This document shows, one piece after another, positions 37,862-46,654 of a stretch of DNA of 64,000 nucleotides. A program made the position numbers and the translations under genes. The notes under the pieces were generated by a model, which was not told the origin of the DNA, made no database searches, and saw only the letters and a program-made list of their open reading frames with translations. The stretch's first letter is position 1. Each line of letters starts with the position of its first letter. The stretch is from an uncultured archaeon (lineage in GTDB: Archaea; Altiarchaeota; Altiarchaeia; IMC4; QMZM01): contig CAZJVE010000004.1 of NCBI GenBank assembly GCA_964549685.1, positions 20,687-84,686 on the forward strand, in the 5' to 3' direction.

Positions 37862-38349
37862 TCGCCTTCGGATTCCTCATCCTCGAGAGTGGCCTGTGTC
37901 GTTGGCGGTCCGGGATAGGTGATGAATTTCCTGTCGACGTCCCTTATCAGCGAGTCGCAGTCCTGCTTTATTTTCTCAAGGGTTGCCACTATTCTATGCC
38001 TCTCCCCCTCCACGTCGTCTATCATCTCGAAGGGCTCGATGGCAGTCTTGAAATCGTCGGTTTCAACCATCGTATACTCGGAGCGGTTCATGATGTTGGA
38101 TATCTTCCTGCAGACCTTCTCCAGCCACAGGTTCATCTCCACCTTCACCCTGCTCCGAATCATCTTGTCGTTGTCGAGCTCCTCTTTCATAATCCTCACA
38201 ACCGGAGCCATCGCAAAGGCGAACTCTCGCCCCCCTGTCTCTTCCATTCCCTCCATGGATTCGTCTTCCGCTCCCTCCACAGGTTCCTCTTTTGCTGCTT
38301 CCACAGCGTCTTCCTCTTCCTTCTCAGTAGGTTCTTTTTCTTCTGTCAT
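37858..38349 (-). CDS. Histone-fold protein with C-terminal long helix and acidic tails
   Basis: FAMAPVVRIMK (alpha1), MIRSRVK...WLEKVCRKIS (alpha2), TMVETDDFKTAI (L2/alpha3), then an amphipathic helix. Confidence 0.7.
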   Translation of the reverse strand: MTEEKEPTEKEEEDAVEAAKEEPVEGAEDESMEGMEETGGREFAFAMAPVVRIMKEELDNDKMIRSRVKVEMNLWLEKVCRKISNIMNRSEYTMVETDDFKTAIEPFEMIDDVEGERHRIVATLEKIKQDCDSLIRDVDRKFITYPGPPTTQATLEDEESEGE

Positions 38350-38428
38350 TTTGCTGTCATAACTTAAGATTCAGCGCTAAAAAGCCGCCCTTTTAAGTTT
38401 TTAATAGAGTATATTATCTACCCGTTAT

Positions 38429-38543
38429 GGCAGTTCTCACGTTCGAATTCGCCGGGGAATTCTCCTGGAAATTCAAGTGTCATCGAGCCTGTTCTAAGAC
38501 TAGGGCGAAGATGGCACCCGCGTGTGAACGGAGCGAGCCGTTC
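38429..38543 (+). ncRNA. Candidate structured RNA or tRNA-Cys leader
   Basis: Several complementary helices, e.g. GTGTCATC/GATGGCAC and GAACGG/CCGTTC. TATA-like TTTTTAATA about 25 nt upstream. Confidence 0.4.
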
Positions 38544-38617
38544 GCAGGGGTGGTCTAGCCTGGTAAGGCAGTCGGCTGCAAACCGACGTATCGAGGGTTC
38601 AAATCCCTCCCCCTGCT
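38544..38617 (+). tRNA. tRNA-Cys(GCA)
   Basis: Acceptor GCAGGGG/CCCCTGC, anticodon arm GTCGG-CTGCAAA-CCGAC, T-arm GAGGG-TTCAAAT-CCCTC, U discriminator. Confidence 0.95.
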
Positions 38618-38716
38618 TCCTTGATTTCTCTCAAAAACCCGATTTCTGCAAATATTTATACTTCCGCGTGAAATTTCTTATTGTTACTTAGCAAGTAAAT
38701 TGCCGCAACCCGAAAG

Positions 38717-39586
38717 ATGCCTTCACTCTTCGAATCTAACCAGCTCCTGAAATCATCGGAGCCGCTCAAACCCGCTGCCCACCAGCTCTCTCTGATGTTC
38801 CCCCAGCTTGAATGGGACCTCAAGAAAGCCGGCTACACAATCGATGTCGGGCAGTTCCTCTCCATCGTGATATTCTCGACGCTCGCCGTCTTCTTCATCG
38901 CCATGTCCTTCACAAGCACGTCGCTCGTTATAGCCCAGGGGATAGTTGGCTCATATGGCGCGCTTGGCATATCGCTCGTCGCCTCCGCCCTTACCTTCTC
39001 CTATCTCATGTTCGTTCCGAGATTCAAGATTCTAAGCAGGGGAAAACTGGTTGATAAGCACTTGGAGTATATGCTGAAGGACATGCAGATTCAGCTAACT
39101 GCAGGGATTCCCATATTCGACGCAATGGCGAACGTGGCAAAGGGAGGCTATGGTGAATGCTCAGTGGTAATGAACGAGATAGTTCAGGAGGTCCAGTCGG
39201 GAGAGTCAATGACGTCCGCGCTTGATAATTACGGTATGCTGTCCCCGTCGGAATACCTGAGGAGGGTTTTCTGGCAGATAGTGAATGCCGTAAAGACGGG
39301 ATCCGATGTTACTCTTGCATTGAAGGCAATATCCAGCGACCTTAGGATGGAGAAGGAGAACAAGATAAAGATGTACGGCCAGGAGCTTAACCTGTGGGGG
39401 CTCATATACATGATGGCCGTCGTTGTTGCTCCATCAATGGGAGTAACCCTTTTGGTTATTCTGTCCAGCTTTATTGGAAGCACCCAGATTAATGAACGGC
39501 TGTTCTGGATAATCCTCTTCGGACTCGTCCTTTTCCAGATAGTATTAATATCAATCATAAGGAACAAGAGACCGGATGTCGGCTAA
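38717..39586 (+). CDS. Type II secretion F / TadB-TadC-like pilus platform protein
   Basis: Multiple TMs; LKDM..QL.AG.P..DAM, YGECS, WQIVNA..TG. Confidence 0.88.
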   Translation: MPSLFESNQLLKSSEPLKPAAHQLSLMFPQLEWDLKKAGYTIDVGQFLSIVIFSTLAVFFIAMSFTSTSLVIAQGIVGSYGALGISLVASALTFSYLMFVPRFKILSRGKLVDKHLEYMLKDMQIQLTAGIPIFDAMANVAKGGYGECSVVMNEIVQEVQSGESMTSALDNYGMLSPSEYLRRVFWQIVNAVKTGSDVTLALKAISSDLRMEKENKIKMYGQELNLWGLIYMMAVVVAPSMGVTLLVILSSFIGSTQINERLFWIILFGLVLFQIVLISIIRNKRPDVG

Positions 39587-40778
39587 AATGGCGGAACCAC
39601 CTGAAGAAAAACCGAGGCCGAAGGGCCCAGGGGGGATAATAGCGCATTTGATACTTGACGTAATCGTAGGCAATCTGATAAAGGCCATCTCCCACCTATT
39701 CATAGCCATCGGAAATATTGCGATACGGATTGTTACTCTCATAGTCGCCATGATGCGGCCGATTGCTAGGTTCTTCACCAATTTCATCACCTCTCTCCAT
39801 GAAAGACTTGGCTCGTATTTCCCTACCGACGTTAGGGGGAAGCTGGAGCAGAACATAATATATGCGGGTGTTCCCAGGAATCCCGAGGAAACGCTGGGCA
39901 CTACACTGATGTATTCTATGATTCTGCCATTACTAACTGCAGCACTAGCGATTACACTGGGCGCGTCACTGCTCATTATCCTAGCCACAATTGTCGTCTC
40001 GTTCTTTGTAGTATGGACCACGATGTACGTCCTCCTAACGCTGCTGATAGAGAGGAGGACGGAGAGCATAGAGAACGTACTGCCGGACGTCTTGTCCATG
40101 ATAAGTCAGAACATGATTGCAGGGATGACGCCATACAATGCCCTATGGACTGCTGCAAGGCCGGAGTTCGGACCGCTAGCTCTTGAGATTCAGAAGGTTG
40201 CAAGGGACACTCTCGCAGGGGTTTCGCTCGAGGAAGCGCTCCTGGACATGGCTTTCAGGGTAAAGTCCACGAAGCTGGACAGGGCCGTGAAGCTGATGAT
40301 TCAGGGAATGAAGTCCGGAGGCGAGCTCCCAACGGTCCTGCAGGAGATTGCAACGGACATAAGAACCGAGCAGAACCTGATGAATAGAATGCGCGCTGAA
40401 ACGGCGGCACAGGCAATGTTCATAGTGTTTGCAATCCTGGTCGGCGCCCCCCTCTTGTTTGCTTCGTCGATACAGTTCATAACCATATTCTCAAAGATTT
40501 ACGGCAGGATAGACTCCAACGTCCTGTCGCAGCAGGCGCAGTCCGGCCTGATGACACTCACGGGACTTTCAATCACCCCTGACTTCTATTTTATGTATGC
40601 CGTAATAACCCTGGCAGTATCCGCCTTCTTTGCATCGCTCCTTGTCGGTCTAATCAGGACAGGAAAGATAAGCTCCGGCATGTCGTCCATCCCCATCCTG
40701 ATAGCACTTGCGGTAGGAATCTTCATTGGCCTGAACTACGGCCTTGGTTCGTTCTTCCAGGGAATGATATCCATGTGA
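39576..40778 (+). CDS. Type II secretion F / TadC-like pilus platform protein
   Basis: IENVLPDVL, AGMTPYNAL, ARPEFGPL, SGGEL, GLIRTGK. Confidence 0.9.
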   Translation: MSAKMAEPPEEKPRPKGPGGIIAHLILDVIVGNLIKAISHLFIAIGNIAIRIVTLIVAMMRPIARFFTNFITSLHERLGSYFPTDVRGKLEQNIIYAGVPRNPEETLGTTLMYSMILPLLTAALAITLGASLLIILATIVVSFFVVWTTMYVLLTLLIERRTESIENVLPDVLSMISQNMIAGMTPYNALWTAARPEFGPLALEIQKVARDTLAGVSLEEALLDMAFRVKSTKLDRAVKLMIQGMKSGGELPTVLQEIATDIRTEQNLMNRMRAETAAQAMFIVFAILVGAPLLFASSIQFITIFSKIYGRIDSNVLSQQAQSGLMTLTGLSITPDFYFMYAVITLAVSAFFASLLVGLIRTGKISSGMSSIPILIALAVGIFIGLNYGLGSFFQGMISM

Positions 40779-40786
40779 CGGGGTCC

Positions 40787-41518
40787 CTATTTTGCATACC
40801 TCAGGATTACATCCCCCATCCTCTTAATCTCCTCATCAGAAAAACGGGTTTCTGACTCCACCTGGGATATGAAGTCGGAAAGCTCCTCGACCCTGAGTAC
40901 GTTTACGGTGGGTTTCTTGATAATCAGGTCGGCGTTCTCGTTCGTGAATACGACAATTACATTGACCCAGATGTGCGGGTCCCTTCCCTTGAAAATCTCA
41001 TCCTTGCGCTCAAGGATGAAATCCTTCAGCACCTTTGCGTTTCTCTTCACCTGGTTGCTGGGGCTCCCTATCCAGAGCTTATACGGCTTCCCTCGTTTAC
41101 TCACCTTCTGCCTGCTCCATGAGTCCCCCTCGCATTTTATCTCCCCGCCGTAGTTCTTGGATTCGATGACGAAGATGCCGTTGGGCCCGAGAGTGATGTG
41201 GTCCGTATCGCCTCTGTTCGGAGGGATAACGACTCCATCAATCTGATAGTAGTAGTCGCTCAGGTCACTCAGACTCCTACTTACTACGTCCTCTCCCCTG
41301 ATACCGCTGCCCCACGTCATATACTTGCTGTAGCTGTAAATGCCGAACACATAGGCGAGGGGAATCAGAATTATCCCGACCGATGAATAGGGATACTGGT
41401 CCATGATAAAGAGCGCAGTGGCAAAAACAAACAGTGCTGAGAAAAGCAGGAGCCTGCTCCTCGTTAGCTGGATGTTCCTCCACAGGTAGAGATCTATCCC
41501 TTTTTTAAGAATCTGCAT
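40787..41518 (-). CDS. Membrane-anchored NERD (nuclease-related) domain protein
   Basis: Two N-terminal TMs; G..GE..V, DTDH...GP.GIFVIESKNYGG, SP..QV.RNA. Confidence 0.88.
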   Translation of the reverse strand: MQILKKGIDLYLWRNIQLTRSRLLLFSALFVFATALFIMDQYPYSSVGIILIPLAYVFGIYSYSKYMTWGSGIRGEDVVSRSLSDLSDYYYQIDGVVIPPNRGDTDHITLGPNGIFVIESKNYGGEIKCEGDSWSRQKVSKRGKPYKLWIGSPSNQVKRNAKVLKDFILERKDEIFKGRDPHIWVNVIVVFTNENADLIIKKPTVNVLRVEELSDFISQVESETRFSDEEIKRMGDVILRYAK

Positions 41519-41553
41519 AATTTATATTTATTGGTTATATTATAGAAAACACA

Positions 41554-42246
41554 ATGAAGGAGAATCCCTGGAGCAACTGGAGGCACATAACGAAGCTGGA
41601 CCCGGACAAACCCCTGTCCGACGATGATGTACGGGCAGTGGCTGAGAGCGGGACCGATGCAATAATGATTTCCGGGACCCAGAACGTCACTCTAGAGGAG
41701 GTAAACCGCTTGGTTTCCCTGCTGAAGGACTACGAAATCCCAAAGGTCCTTGAGCCCTCCGGCCCGGAGCACGTAATCTATGAGGGAATTGACCATGTCT
41801 TTGTGCCATCTGTCATAAACGCCCAGGACCTGAACTGGGTCACTGGCAAGCACATTCACTGGATAAAGGACTCCGCCGTCGAATGGGAAAAGGTCGTTCC
41901 CGAGGCCTACATAGTCCTGAACCCCGACTCCGCCGTTGGCATGGTAACCAAATCAAAAACAGAGCTGGACACGGACGAAATCATAGCCTATGCGAAGCTG
42001 GCCGACCGCTACTTCGGATTCCCCATCTTTTACATCGAATACAGCGGCACCTATGGAAATCCCGATGTGGTGAAGGCAGTAAAGGAAAACCTGGAGAATT
42101 CAACCCTCTTCTACGGCGGGGGCATAACCGACGGGGAAAAGGCCAGGGAGATGTCAGCGCACGCAGACACGATAATAGTCGGAAACGTCCTATATGAGCA
42201 GGGCATAGGAAAGCTAAAGGAAACAATAGATGCCATCAGGCGCTAG
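41554..42246 (+). CDS. Geranylgeranylglyceryl phosphate synthase (PcrB-type, group I)
   Basis: WRHITKLDPDK, SGTDAIMISG, EAYIVLNP, YIEYSG, LFYGGGI, IIVGN. Confidence 0.92.
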   Translation: MKENPWSNWRHITKLDPDKPLSDDDVRAVAESGTDAIMISGTQNVTLEEVNRLVSLLKDYEIPKVLEPSGPEHVIYEGIDHVFVPSVINAQDLNWVTGKHIHWIKDSAVEWEKVVPEAYIVLNPDSAVGMVTKSKTELDTDEIIAYAKLADRYFGFPIFYIEYSGTYGNPDVVKAVKENLENSTLFYGGGITDGEKAREMSAHADTIIVGNVLYEQGIGKLKETIDAIRR

Positions 42247-42295
42247 AAAAGGAAAGGTATTTATTTAAACAAGGGAAAATTAGATATGATACACG

Positions 42296-42760
42296 ATGAA
42301 ATTATTGAGCAGAAAAGGACAGGGCGCTCTCGAATACATGCAGACTTATGGCTGGGCAATTCTTGTTGTCCTAGTTGTCGGCATAGTCCTCTGGCAATTC
42401 GGCGTTTTCGGCCAGCACAGCGGGGCGAACAGGGCAACCGGCCTTGGAAAAATCAAGGTCCTTGACCAGAGCATAAAGTACGATTCGACAGCAGACGAAC
42501 TCACCTTTGACGTAATAAACGGCGAGAGCATGCACATACGTGTTCTGGGGAATAAAAGTGAGGGTGACTGTAACATCATAAACATTGATGATGTAGGGCT
42601 AGATGGCGGAGAAACCGCCACAATAACCTGCACAAACTGCACGAATTTAGATGCCGGCGAGGCCTTCGACGTGTCTATAACAATCAATTACAGGATAAAG
42701 GTAGCCGCTGACATAATCTACCGCAACGATACGGGTCGTATCACAGGCCTTGCAGAATAG
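42296..42760 (+). CDS. Type IV pilin-like protein (class III signal peptide)
   Basis: RKG/QGALEYMQTYGWAILVVLVVGIVLWQFG. Confidence 0.9.
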   Translation: MKLLSRKGQGALEYMQTYGWAILVVLVVGIVLWQFGVFGQHSGANRATGLGKIKVLDQSIKYDSTADELTFDVINGESMHIRVLGNKSEGDCNIINIDDVGLDGGETATITCTNCTNLDAGEAFDVSITINYRIKVAADIIYRNDTGRITGLAE

Positions 42761-42765
42761 AGGAA

Positions 42766-43344
42766 ATGAAATTCCCGCGCGGAAAAGGGCAGGGTGCTCT
42801 TGAATATCTACAGACCTACGCTTGGGCAATTCTCGTGGTTCTCATAGTAGGCGTTGTCCTCTGGCAGCTTGGCATATTTGGCCCGCACAGAGGCCCTAAC
42901 ACCTCGAGCGGCTTCGCAGCCATGAAGATTCTCAACCCCTCGATTACTTATAGAGAAACTACTGAGGACAACGCATTCAACTTCAGCTTCGTAAACGCCG
43001 TGGGAATTCGCGCGAGGAGCACATATGTTCTCAAGAACGTAAGTGGTGATTGCTCGGTCATACTGCTCGATTATTCTGAATTAACTCTATCCGAGGCTGT
43101 TTGCAACGCTCTTCCAGACCCGAATTATGGCGTATTCATACCCCCTGATACCTGTTGGGTAAACCAACCAGTATCCATCGAAGCAGGGGATACTGCCAAG
43201 CCAGTATATACGAGATGCAATTCCCTTGACGCAGGGGAAACATTTATTGTCTATATAACCTTCCAGTACAGTGAGAGGGTCGGTTCGGGAGAGCCAACGA
43301 CCCGCCTGGACAGCGGCGTTATAATGGGCACCGTACAAGAATGA
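42766..43344 (+). CDS. Type IV pilin-like protein (class III signal peptide)
   Basis: KG/QGALEYLQTYAWAILVV; extra Cys-bounded insert. Confidence 0.9.
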   Translation: MKFPRGKGQGALEYLQTYAWAILVVLIVGVVLWQLGIFGPHRGPNTSSGFAAMKILNPSITYRETTEDNAFNFSFVNAVGIRARSTYVLKNVSGDCSVILLDYSELTLSEAVCNALPDPNYGVFIPPDTCWVNQPVSIEAGDTAKPVYTRCNSLDAGETFIVYITFQYSERVGSGEPTTRLDSGVIMGTVQE

Positions 43345-43859
43345 CATCAAGCAACAAAGCACAGTCGGCTCTGGAATACCTGAATACCTATGGGTGGGCA
43401 ATTCTCGTGGTTCTGGTTGTTGGCCTAGTTTTATGGCAGATGGGCATATTCGGCTCCCATGCTGATGTAAACAGGGCAGTTGGCTTCGGGAAGATAACGG
43501 TCCTGGAGCCGACAATCAAGTATATGGAAAAATCAGGCACCCCTGAGCAGCAGGTAACGAATAATCTGAATTTCACCGTCGTTAATGCCGCTGGCACACA
43601 CATCCATGGCCTTGGAATAGGAACAAACGGCGATTGCAATAGCAGTGTGCTTTCATGTAGCGGAGGCGTAACCCTCTCAAAAACCTCACTTGCGCCCGAT
43701 GAAATCACGGAGATTTCAAAAATATGCTGCAAAAATTGGGAGTCGGGGGACTTCTTCTGGGTCAATGTAACGTTTACATACTGGTACAGGGTTGCCGAAA
43801 TGAAGGTAAATCGCACAGAGAGAGGTATTATTCAGGGGTTTGTGGAGGAGGAGACCTAA
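43341..43859 (+). CDS. Type IV pilin-like protein (class III signal peptide)
   Basis: KA/QSALEYLNTYGWAILVV. Confidence 0.9.
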   Translation: MTSSNKAQSALEYLNTYGWAILVVLVVGLVLWQMGIFGSHADVNRAVGFGKITVLEPTIKYMEKSGTPEQQVTNNLNFTVVNAAGTHIHGLGIGTNGDCNSSVLSCSGGVTLSKTSLAPDEITEISKICCKNWESGDFFWVNVTFTYWYRVAEMKVNRTERGIIQGFVEEET

Positions 43860-43873
43860 AGTCCAATAACAGC

Positions 43874-43930
43874 AAAGTATTTATACTACCTCAACCATCA
43901 CTATAATACCCTAATAAACAAATGAGGTGA
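43874..43930 (+). promoter_or_regulatory. BRE/TATA-like element (AAAGTATTTATAC) and SD (GAGGTGA) of the pilin at 43937
   Basis: Archaeal TATA consensus and SD. Duplicated at about 44454-44510. Confidence 0.6.
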
Positions 43931-43936
43931 TATACA

Positions 43937-44410
43937 ATGATTGGAAGAAAAGGACAGGGCGCTATGGAGTACCTGATGACCTATGGATGGGCAATCTTAG
44001 TAGTTATGATTGTCGGAGTCGTCCTATGGCAGCTGGGTATCTTCGGAGGCGGCCCAGGTGCAGTTAACACTGCAAGCGGATTTGGAAAAATTAAGCCGAT
44101 GGAGCCGAGCATAAAGTACGACTCCAGTGGACTTACGTATTCCATGATGAACGGCGCGGGACAGAGCATACACACTGTTTCATTTACCAGTGTATCTGGT
44201 GATTGTTCCGGTGCAACAATGGCTGCTGGAGTCAATGGAGCTGGAACTATGGGTAGCGGAGAGGTACTCATGGTGACCGGTACAGGCTGCGGTAGCAAGA
44301 CAGCAGGTCAGTCCTTCAGTACGGTCATGACCATACAGTACAACGTAACTGTCGCTGGCTCTGACGTAATACACGCCGAGACTGGAACAATAAGGGGCGT
44401 TGCAGAATAA
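43937..44410 (+). CDS. Probable major type IV pilin, copy A
   Basis: RKG/QGAMEYLMTYGWAILVV; own promoter, SD and terminator. Confidence 0.92.
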   Translation: MIGRKGQGAMEYLMTYGWAILVVMIVGVVLWQLGIFGGGPGAVNTASGFGKIKPMEPSIKYDSSGLTYSMMNGAGQSIHTVSFTSVSGDCSGATMAAGVNGAGTMGSGEVLMVTGTGCGSKTAGQSFSTVMTIQYNVTVAGSDVIHAETGTIRGVAE

Positions 44411-44419
44411 ACCCCTTAA

Positions 44420-44443
44420 TTTTTTTCTTTTTCTTTTATTTTT
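44420..44443 (+). terminator. Oligo-T archaeal terminator
   Basis: TTTTTTTCTTTTTCTTTTATTTTT directly after the pilin stop. Confidence 0.65.
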
Positions 44444-44516
44444 CTCTCATAGTAAGGTATTTATACTCCCTTAACCATCACTATAATACCCTAATAAACA
44501 AATGAGGTGATATACA

Positions 44517-44996
44517 ATGATTGGAAGAAAAGGACAGGGCGCTATGGAGTACCTGATGACCTATGGATGGGCAATCTTAGTAGTTATGATTGTCGGAGTC
44601 GTCCTATGGCAGCTGGGTATCTTCGGAGGCGGCCCAGGTGCAGTTAACACTGCAAGCGGATTTGGAAAAATTAAGCCGATGGAGCCGAGCATAAAGTTTA
44701 CAGCCGGCGCATCAGGAGATCTTAGCTTTTCCATAATGAACGGCGTGGGACAGGCTGTACGTGAACTCAATTACACGGCAACCGGTGATTGCACCCAGGC
44801 AACCCAAACACTAATCTCGGGCGGGACTTTGAACGCTGGAGAGGTGGACTCGGTGTCTCTGGGAGCAGCAAACTGCAACGACAAGACCGCAGGTCAGTCC
44901 TTCAGTACGGTGCTTACCATAAGGTACGCAACTACTGTTGCTGGAAATGATGTAACCCACGTAGAGACCGGAACAATAAGGGGCGTTGCAGAATAA
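44517..44996 (+). CDS. Probable major type IV pilin, copy B
   Basis: First 60 aa identical to copy A; variable core. Confidence 0.92.
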   Translation: MIGRKGQGAMEYLMTYGWAILVVMIVGVVLWQLGIFGGGPGAVNTASGFGKIKPMEPSIKFTAGASGDLSFSIMNGVGQAVRELNYTATGDCTQATQTLISGGTLNAGEVDSVSLGAANCNDKTAGQSFSTVLTIRYATTVAGNDVTHVETGTIRGVAE

Positions 44997-45005
44997 ACCC
45001 CTTCC

Positions 45006-45028
45006 TTTTTCTTTTTTCTTTATTTTTT
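45006..45028 (+). terminator. Oligo-T archaeal terminator
   Basis: TTTTTCTTTTTTCTTTATTTTTT after the pilin stop. Confidence 0.65.
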
Positions 45029-45059
45029 AATTACCTGAGGTTAATTATTATCCTACGAG

Positions 45060-45236
45060 ATGAAACTGGATAGAGATAAATGCTGCTATTGCGGGGGATG
45101 TGTTGGCATCTGCCCCGAAAACGCAATGGAGTTGAGGGAGATTGCCCTTTGCATAGATGGGGAAAGGTGCAAGAATTGCGGGCTTTGCGCTAAATTCTGT
45201 CCGGTCGGAGCTTTAACGAAAGATGGAGATTCCTGA
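45060..45236 (+). CDS. 2[4Fe-4S] ferredoxin (58 aa, absent from the ORF track)
   Basis: MKLDRDKCCYCGGCVGICP...CKNCGLCAKFCPVGAL: two CxxCxxCxxxCP motifs; overlaps the GGR start. Confidence 0.92.
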   Translation: MKLDRDKCCYCGGCVGICPENAMELREIALCIDGERCKNCGLCAKFCPVGALTKDGDS

Positions 45237-46422
45237 TTATGATGCTGTTGTGGTGGGCGCAGGCCCTGCCGGAAGCATCGCGGCCAAATTCCTTGCCATG
45301 AATGGCGCTAAAACCCTTGTCGTTGACAAGAAGCAGGAGATAGGGACCCCCAAGAGGTGCGCCGAGGGGATAAACCTGGGGGGCCTTGAAAAAATGGGCC
45401 TCAAGCCCGACCCCAGATGGGCGACAAACGAAATCACTGGCTCAGTTATCCACTCTCCAGGTGGTGGGAAGGTTGTCTGCAAATTCAGCAAGGGATATGT
45501 CCTGGAGAGGAAGATATTTGAGAAGCACCTGGCAATGGACGCGATAAGGGCAGGAGCAAGGTATATGGTGAAGACCAGGGCTATCGAGGCAATAAAGGAG
45601 GGCGACAAAGTCACAGGGATAAGGGCGGAATTCATGGGCGAGGAATTCAGCATAAATTCAAAGCTTGTAATAGCAGCGGACGGCGTGGATTCAAAAATCG
45701 CCCGGTCAGCCGGCATCAACACAACGAACAAGATGACCGACTACCACTCCGGCTTCCAGTACGAGATGGCGGGCCTTAACCTAGAGGGGCACGATACGCT
45801 GCACCTGTACTTTGGGAACGACGTAGCCCCCAAGGGCTACATCTGGATATTCCCCAAGGGCAAGGACGTAGCCAATGTGGGCATAGGAATCCTTGCCATC
45901 ACATCCGAGGAGGGGAACAGGGCGAGGGACTACCTTGACAGGTTCATCGGCAACAATCCGGAGATATTCGGGAATTCAAGCCCGATTGAAATCAATACCG
46001 GGGGAATTCCAGTCAGTTCCTCGGTCGACACGTTCGTAATGGACGGCCTCATGATTGTTGGTGATGCGGCACAGCAGGTTAATCCCATCCACGGAGGAGG
46101 GATGGCGATTGCGATGAAGGCTGCAAAGCTATGTGCTGAGGTTGGTGCGGAAGCGATAAAGGAGGACAACGTCTCAAGGGAAAGGCTCTATGAATACGAG
46201 AAGACCTGGAGAGAGACCGAGGGGGTAAAGCTGCAGAAGCTGTTCAAGCTGAGAATATTCCTTGAGAAGCTGAACGACAATGACTTTGAGAAATTCGCGG
46301 ATATTCTGTCGGAAGAGGACATAGCAAAACTGACCAATGCAGAGTACAAATCCCTGCTTAAGACATTCGCGAGGAAGGCACCCAAAATTCTTCCGCTTGC
46401 CTTGAAATTCCTGTCCGGTTAA
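45223..46422 (+). CDS. Digeranylgeranylglycerophospholipid (geranylgeranyl) reductase
   Basis: VVGAGPAG, GTPKRCAEG, AADG, PKGYIWIFPK, GDAA..VNP.HGGG. Confidence 0.92.
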   Translation: MEIPDYDAVVVGAGPAGSIAAKFLAMNGAKTLVVDKKQEIGTPKRCAEGINLGGLEKMGLKPDPRWATNEITGSVIHSPGGGKVVCKFSKGYVLERKIFEKHLAMDAIRAGARYMVKTRAIEAIKEGDKVTGIRAEFMGEEFSINSKLVIAADGVDSKIARSAGINTTNKMTDYHSGFQYEMAGLNLEGHDTLHLYFGNDVAPKGYIWIFPKGKDVANVGIGILAITSEEGNRARDYLDRFIGNNPEIFGNSSPIEINTGGIPVSSSVDTFVMDGLMIVGDAAQQVNPIHGGGMAIAMKAAKLCAEVGAEAIKEDNVSRERLYEYEKTWRETEGVKLQKLFKLRIFLEKLNDNDFEKFADILSEEDIAKLTNAEYKSLLKTFARKAPKILPLALKFLSG

Positions 46423-46423
46423 A

Positions 46424-46654
46424 ATGCCCGATGAAGAAAAGATAAAGGAGGAGGGAGTGAAGCTGATAGAGGAATTCTCCAGGATGCTCGAGAAGGTTCC
46501 GGAGACGGAGGAGACGCACTACGTCGTTGATATCCGGAACGTCACGAGAAAGGACGGAAAGCCCGTAAAGAAGAAGAAATTCCCCAAGAACCTCCGGAAG
46601 ATTGTCCCGAGACAGGAGGACGGTTATGTAGTGGCTGAGAAGGGGGTAAAATGA
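46424..46654 (+). CDS. gatC: Asp/Glu-tRNA amidotransferase subunit C
   Basis: ETHYVVDIRNVTRKD, VPRQEDGYVVAEKG; size typical of archaeal GatC. Confidence 0.75.
   Translation: MPDEEKIKEEGVKLIEEFSRMLEKVPETEETHYVVDIRNVTRKDGKPVKKKKFPKNLRKIVPRQEDGYVVAEKGVK

Larger units (their letters stand above)
43893..44697 (+). repeat. 225-bp identical direct repeat (43893-44117 = 44473-44697), 580-bp period
   Basis: Read base by base; covers the 5' UTR and first 60 codons of both pilins. Confidence 0.92.

Noticed and set aside
38427-38558. 43-codon ORF MAVLTFEFAG..., or 5S rRNA
   Set aside because: The ORF runs into the tRNA and has no recognisable motif. The 5S loop C and loop E signatures are absent on both strands.
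43937-44996. Diversity-generating retroelement TR/VR pair in the pilins
   Set aside because: Differences are not adenine-specific and include indels; no reverse transcriptase is in the window.
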